Origin: a virus
Strand: one strand, 5' to 3'
Length of the DNA stretch: 10,574 nt
Virus genome (UHGV): UHGV-0338520
In this document: positions 7,038 through 10,574 of the stretch, piece by piece
Numbering within the stretch: position 1 is the stretch's first letter
Layout of the letters: each line of letters starts with the position of its first letter
Translations under genes and position numbers: made by a program
Notes under the pieces: generated by a model
Database searches by the model: none
The model's input: only the letters and a program-made list of their open reading frames with translations
Told to the model about the DNA's origin: nothing

Positions 7038-7253
7038 ATGTACCAGATGGAAAAAATCACAACAGGTGTGTCATACACCACGTCAGCGGTGGGAACGGGC
7101 TACTGGTTCCTGCAGTTGCTGGACAGGGTTTCCCCGTCTCAGTGGGCGGCAATAGGCGTGCTGGGGAGTCTGCTGTTTGGGCTGCTGACATATCTGACTA
7201 ACCTGTATTTCAAAATCAAAGAGGACCGGCGTAAGGCGGCGCGGGGAGAGTAA
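7038..7253 (+). CDS. Class II pinholin, phage 21 S-like, with dual start (Met1 antiholin, Met4 holin)
   Basis: Translation [71 protein letters not shown] (71 aa) closely matches S21 as recalled (...[25 protein letters not shown]...[20 protein letters not shown]). GGAG RBS. The ORF-track start at 6933 is an upstream extension. Confidence 0.9.
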   Translation: MYQMEKITTGVSYTTSAVGTGYWFLQLLDRVSPSQWAAIGVLGSLLFGLLTYLTNLYFKIKEDRRKAARGE

Positions 7254-7257
7254 AGTG

Positions 7258-8148
7258 ATGAATAAAAAATATGAACTGGTTGTTAAGGGGATAAATAATT
7301 ACGGGGATAAGGTTACTGTTACTGTGAAGCCGGAAGGTGACGGGCAAGCGTCGCTGTTGTTGCCAGATGTGGCGATTAGTCTTGACCGTACTGAAGGTGC
7401 CACGCTGGAGTTTTACGAAGCTGAGGCGAAAAAGCAGGCGAAGCAGTTTTTCATGGATGTTGCTGCCGGGTTATGTGAAGGGGATGGTCCGTTGCCGGAA
7501 AAGCGCCCCGTAATTTTAGAGGCGCAGGATGTGTTGATAACCTACAAAGGAAAGCTACCGGGAAGAATTACTTGTTCTCTGAAGATGCCGCCGTCAACAC
7601 TGCGGTCAGAAAAAGATGATGTTGAATCACGTATTGAAAAACTGGAGAGCTACGTCGTTGAGCTGAATAAGAAATGGTCGATATTGGTGCCTTCTGGCGA
7701 TGAAAAGCAGTTTGCTGCGTTTGACGATTATTGTCGGAAAGTGATGAGCAGAAATCTCGCAGAGTGTTTCAGTATTCATAATGATAATTTCAGTGACCCG
7801 GAATGGGAGTGTAACCGGCCATCCTTTGTTGTATCCGGTGATGCTGGGAAAATAACCATCTCAGAAAATGGGAAAGTAACACCTCCATCGCACCAGCACA
7901 GTGAGGAGCTCATTGAATTTGCCATTGATTACCTGAAGAACAATAAAAAGCAGGGGCTGATGAAGCGCGTTGGCCGTTGCATGGGATATCTGCAGGTAGC
8001 TGCTGAGATTGAAGCGCTGGCCAGTGGTGCTGATAAGGATGCAATTGTGCGGGAGGCTCTTCTTCGTGATTTTAATACTCCACCCTTTAAAAAAGTGCCG
8101 GCTTACTGGCTTCATCCGGGGCTGACTTATCTTAAAGTGCGTATTTAG
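7258..8148 (+). CDS. Hypothetical soluble protein (296 aa) inserted between pinholin and endolysin
   Basis: GGGAGAG RBS 7 nt upstream of ATG 7258; start lies 4 nt after the holin stop. No transmembrane segments or catalytic motifs recognisable by eye. Confidence 0.75.
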   Translation: MNKKYELVVKGINNYGDKVTVTVKPEGDGQASLLLPDVAISLDRTEGATLEFYEAEAKKQAKQFFMDVAAGLCEGDGPLPEKRPVILEAQDVLITYKGKLPGRITCSLKMPPSTLRSEKDDVESRIEKLESYVVELNKKWSILVPSGDEKQFAAFDDYCRKVMSRNLAECFSIHNDNFSDPEWECNRPSFVVSGDAGKITISENGKVTPPSHQHSEELIEFAIDYLKNNKKQGLMKRVGRCMGYLQVAAEIEALASGADKDAIVREALLRDFNTPPFKKVPAYWLHPGLTYLKVRI

Positions 8149-8184
8149 TGGGCCAGGGACAGCGGCTGAATATTTAATATATCC

Positions 8185-8718
8185 ATGAACACCAAAATCA
8201 AATACGGCCTGTCGGCTGCCGTTCTGGCGCTGATTGCCGCTGGTGCGCCTGCGCCTGACATTCTCGACCAGTTTCTGGATGAAAAGGAAGGTAACCACAC
8301 CACGGCATACCGTGATGGTGCGGGTATCTGGACCATCTGCCGCGGTGCCATCCTGGTGGATGGCAAACCTGTCGTTCCGGGCATGAAGTTGTCGAAGGAA
8401 AAATGCGACCGGGTTAACGCCATTGAGCGTGATAAGGCGCTGGCATGGGTGGAGAAAAACATCAGAGTGCCATTGAGTGAACCCCAGAAAGCGGGGATCG
8501 CGTCATTCTGTCCGTACAACATTGGTCCCGGTAAGTGTTTCCCGTCGACGTTTTATAAACGAATTAATGCAGGTGATCGCAGGGGAGCGTGTGAGGCGAT
8601 TCGCTGGTGGATTAAGGACGGTGGCAGAGACTGCCGTATTCGTTCAAACAACTGCTACGGTCAGGTATCCCGTCGTGACCAGGAGAGCGCGCTGGCGTGC
8701 TGGGGAATCGACAGATAA
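8185..8718 (+). CDS. SAR endolysin (T4-lysozyme-like muramidase, R21-type)
   Basis: 177 aa. N-terminal Gly/Ala-rich weakly hydrophobic SAR segment GLSAAVLALIAAGAPAP. Catalytic triad spacing E35-x8-D44-x5-T50 (EGNHTTAYRDGAGIWT), identical in position to R21 as recalled. C-terminal lysozyme-like region. Confidence 0.9.
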   Translation: MNTKIKYGLSAAVLALIAAGAPAPDILDQFLDEKEGNHTTAYRDGAGIWTICRGAILVDGKPVVPGMKLSKEKCDRVNAIERDKALAWVEKNIRVPLSEPQKAGIASFCPYNIGPGKCFPSTFYKRINAGDRRGACEAIRWWIKDGGRDCRIRSNNCYGQVSRRDQESALACWGIDR

Positions 8719-8808
8719 GCAGAATATTTTGCTGAAAAATAAGGTATGGCCACGCGGGCGGATAACACGAAATCCTGCGAACTGGCGAAACGTAAGTGAA
8801 TAAAAGTA

Positions 8809-8847
8809 AAAACCCCGTTTGTTGGCACCAAGCGGGGTTTTGTGTTT
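8809..8847 (+). terminator. Terminator-like hairpin between endolysin and Rz
   Basis: 9-bp perfect inverted repeat aaaaccccg (8809-8817) and cggggtttt (8833-8841) around a 15-nt loop, followed by T-rich gtgtttcc. Confidence 0.4.
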
Positions 8848-8877
8848 CCTGACTCCGGAAAAGTCAAAGGAGAAAGT

Positions 8878-9015
8878 GTGTTTGATTTTAGCAAACTGAT
8901 TCGGGAGATTCGAGTGATGGCTGAAAAATTATCCACCTGGAAGTTCATTCTTATCTGGCTGGTGTTTGTGATTATGGCCTCCGGTTATTTCATCGGTCAG
9001 ATACGCTGGTGGTGA
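8878..9015 (+). CDS. Small single-pass membrane protein candidate (45 aa from GTG 8878, or 32 aa from ATG 8917)
   Basis: AAAGGAG RBS 5 nt upstream of in-frame GTG 8878. Translation [45 protein letters not shown]. Stop TGA 9013-9015 is 1 nt before the Rz ATG. Not in the ORF track because it is under 60 aa. Confidence 0.4.
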   Translation: MFDFSKLIREIRVMAEKLSTWKFILIWLVFVIMASGYFIGQIRWW

Positions 9016-9016
9016 A

Positions 9017-9484
9017 ATGAACCGCGTACTGTGCGTGGTCATCATTGCCCTGCTGGTGGCCTGTGGTGCGCTTAGTCTGGGGCTGAATCATTACCGTGAT
9101 AACGCCATTACCTACAAAGCCCAGCGCGACAAAAATGTCAGAGAACTGAAGCTGGCGAACGCGGCAATTACTGACATGCAGATGCGTCAGCGTGATGTTG
9201 CTGCGCTCGATGCAAAATACACGAAGGAGTTAGCTGATGCGAAAGCTGAAAATGAAACTCTTCGCGCTGACGTTGCCGCTGGTCGTAAGCGCCTGCGTAT
9301 CAACGCCACCTGTCCAGGTCCCGTGCGTGAAGCCACCGGCACCGCCCGCGTGGATAATGCAACCGGCCCCCAACTGGCAGACACCGTTACACGGGATTAT
9401 TTCACCCTCAGAGAGCGGCTGATGACGATGCAGAAGCAACTGGAAGGGGCGCAGGAATATATCCGTACTCAGTGCCTGAAATAA
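9017..9484 (+). CDS. Rz: Rz i-spanin
   Basis: 155 aa. [56 protein letters not shown]... is near-identical to lambda Rz as recalled. N-terminal transmembrane segment. Confidence 0.92.
   Translation: MNRVLCVVIIALLVACGALSLGLNHYRDNAITYKAQRDKNVRELKLANAAITDMQMRQRDVAALDAKYTKELADAKAENETLRADVAAGRKRLRINATCPGPVREATGTARVDNATGPQLADTVTRDYFTLRERLMTMQKQLEGAQEYIRTQCLK
9237..9422 (+). CDS. Rz1: Rz1 o-spanin lipoprotein, embedded in Rz in the +1 frame
   Basis: [25 protein letters not shown]...[32 protein letters not shown] matches lambda Rz1 as recalled. Lipobox LVVSAC and proline-rich region. Confidence 0.88.
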   Translation: MRKLKMKLFALTLPLVVSACVSTPPVQVPCVKPPAPPAWIMQPAPNWQTPLHGIISPSESG

Positions 9485-10107
9485 GTTTTGTTGATGCGCC
9501 GTATCGTCGCTGTATTCCCTCATTAACAGAGACCGCAGCCCGACAGGGAGACTCCTCTGCGCGAGTGTGCGGGGATAATCAAAAACGATACACACCGGGG
9601 TTTACCGCGTTAACGGAGCGCGGCGTTGTCCCCTCATAGTCGCCTGTCCGGTGCGATGGTGGAAGAAACCGGATGTTTATCACTATTAATTGATGACACA
9701 GAAATGGATTCATTGAATTTCAGCACGTTTTTGTATTCGTGTTATTGAACATCTGTTTATTTTACTTTTAACATATTGATAATAAAAAGAGCTGTAAATC
9801 TTTAGATGAGTCGATTTTGTCCGGGGAAGTTCAAGTGGATTTTATGCTGACGGTTTCTGGTGTGGTTATCCTGTCCATTGCTTATACTGCAGATAAATAT
9901 GGCTGCCATTTGTTATCACGTATTGGCGCTTATTGTTCGTTGATGCTGATTTTCTCGTCGCTTTTTTTTGAGTAAGTTATATTAATTATAACAAATAATT
10001 TTCTGTGTTATTTTTTCAGGCTATCCCGTCAGAGGGGAAGCCTGTACTGCCGGGGAGCGAATGGAAAACTGATGTGTCCGGTAACTGCGTGTTCTGTGAA
10101 CACCATG

Positions 10108-10293
10108 TTACTTAATTATGTAATTCATACCCGAACTCTCTGTTGACAGCCTTCTTCTGCAGGCTTCAATAACCCACGCTGAAAAGTTTCCTGAACCTTT
10201 CAGATCAAGAGCGATGTTAATTTGTTCAATCATCTGGTTTGGAAATCGGATGTTGCGGGTTGTTGTTCTGCGGGTTCTGTTCTTTGATGACAT
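10108..10293 (-). CDS. Ribbon-helix-helix (Arc/Mnt-like) DNA-binding protein, 61 aa
   Basis: RNIRFPNQMIEQINIALDLKGSGNFSAWVIEACRRRL fits the Arc/Mnt pattern (NxRxP...A...GxSxNSxI...V) as recalled. GGGGA RBS-like sequence and a GATAAT -10-like hexamer upstream on the minus strand. Confidence 0.6.
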   Translation of the reverse strand: MSSKNRTRRTTTRNIRFPNQMIEQINIALDLKGSGNFSAWVIEACRRRLSTESSGMNYIIK

Positions 10294-10367
10294 AATGTTT
10301 CCCCATATTCAGTGTTGCTGATTTGTATTATCTGAAGTTGCTTTTACGTTAATTTGATGCAGATCAA

Positions 10368-10457
10368 TTAATACGATACCTGCGTCATAATTGATTGTTC
10401 GCTGCATAGCGGTCCGACCCCGTACTGCTCACGCAGCTTATCCAGCAGTGGCATCAT
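10368..10457 (-). pseudogene. Truncated IS3-family OrfB (first about 20 codons, then unrelated sequence and a stop)
   Basis: The -1 frame relative to OrfA gives [20 protein letters not shown] then QSIMTQVSY*. An intact OrfB would be about 290 aa. Confidence 0.5.
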
Positions 10458-10574
10458 TTTTTCCAGAGGCGGTCGAACTCCGCCTTCGCAAAATAAGCGG
10501 AAGCCTGGCGAAGGATATCGTTACTGCGGCGCAGTTCACGATTTTCACGTTCCAGCTCTTTCAGACGCTGACGT
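10395..10574 (-). mobile_element. Truncated IS3-family insertion sequence (IS629/IS1203-like from memory); continues beyond the window end
   Basis: Minus-strand translation ...[39 protein letters not shown] is a typical IS3-family OrfA leucine-zipper C-terminus. An overlapping -1 frame starts [20 protein letters not shown] (OrfB start) but hits a stop after 29 codons, so similarity appears to end near 10395-10398. Confidence 0.6.
10454..10574 (-). CDS. IS3-family transposase OrfA, C-terminal 39 codons (partial; start lies beyond the window)
   Basis: Open minus-strand frame from the window edge to the stop at plus 10454-10456, with an A6 slippery-like run immediately before the stop and the overlapping OrfB ATG. 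Confidence 0.6.
   Translation of the reverse strand, partial: RQRLKELERENRELRRSNDILRQASAYFAKAEFDRLWKK

Noticed and set aside
6933-7155. Upstream extension of the holin (ORF-track start 6933) and the alternative-frame ORF 6961-7155
   Set aside because: The extension would read through the terminator-like hairpin; the S21-like protein begins at Met 7038 with a dual-start motif. ORF 6961-7155 is an overlapping frame.
7861-8948. ORFs 7861-8298 (-), 8145-8522 (-), 8477-8803 (+), 8661-8948 (-)
   Set aside because: Antisense or alternative-frame overlaps of the 296-aa gene and the endolysin.
9187-9595. Minus-strand ORFs 9187-9384 and 9230-9595
   Set aside because: Antisense to Rz/Rz1; GC-rich shadow frames.
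1-10574. CRISPR arrays or large tandem repeats
   Set aside because: No regularly spaced direct repeats were seen anywhere in the window; only isolated hairpins and palindromes.

Overview
This window is the late-regulatory and lysis region of a lambdoid prophage of the enterobacterial (E. coli Qin / phage 21) type, with almost every gene on the + strand. In order: the 3' end of relE, hokD and a terminator; rem-like and ydfU-like (DUF968) genes; rusA; a Q-like antiterminator candidate and a strong terminator; a small winged-helix-like ORF; an orphan beta-class DNA methyltransferase; two tRNAs (Ile2-CAU and Arg-UCU); an AT-rich cargo island at the position where Stx phages carry stx, with one + gene, a strong terminator and one opposite-strand gene; then the lysis cassette (S21-like pinholin, an unrecognised 296-aa gene, SAR endolysin, a small membrane ORF, Rz with embedded Rz1); finally an Arc/Mnt-like RHH gene on the - strand and a truncated IS3-family element at the window edge. 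All identifications rest on reading translations and recalled family signatures, since no search could be run. The best candidates for undescribed biology are the cargo island (about 5040-6520) and the 296-aa gene between holin and endolysin; neither has a function I can assign.
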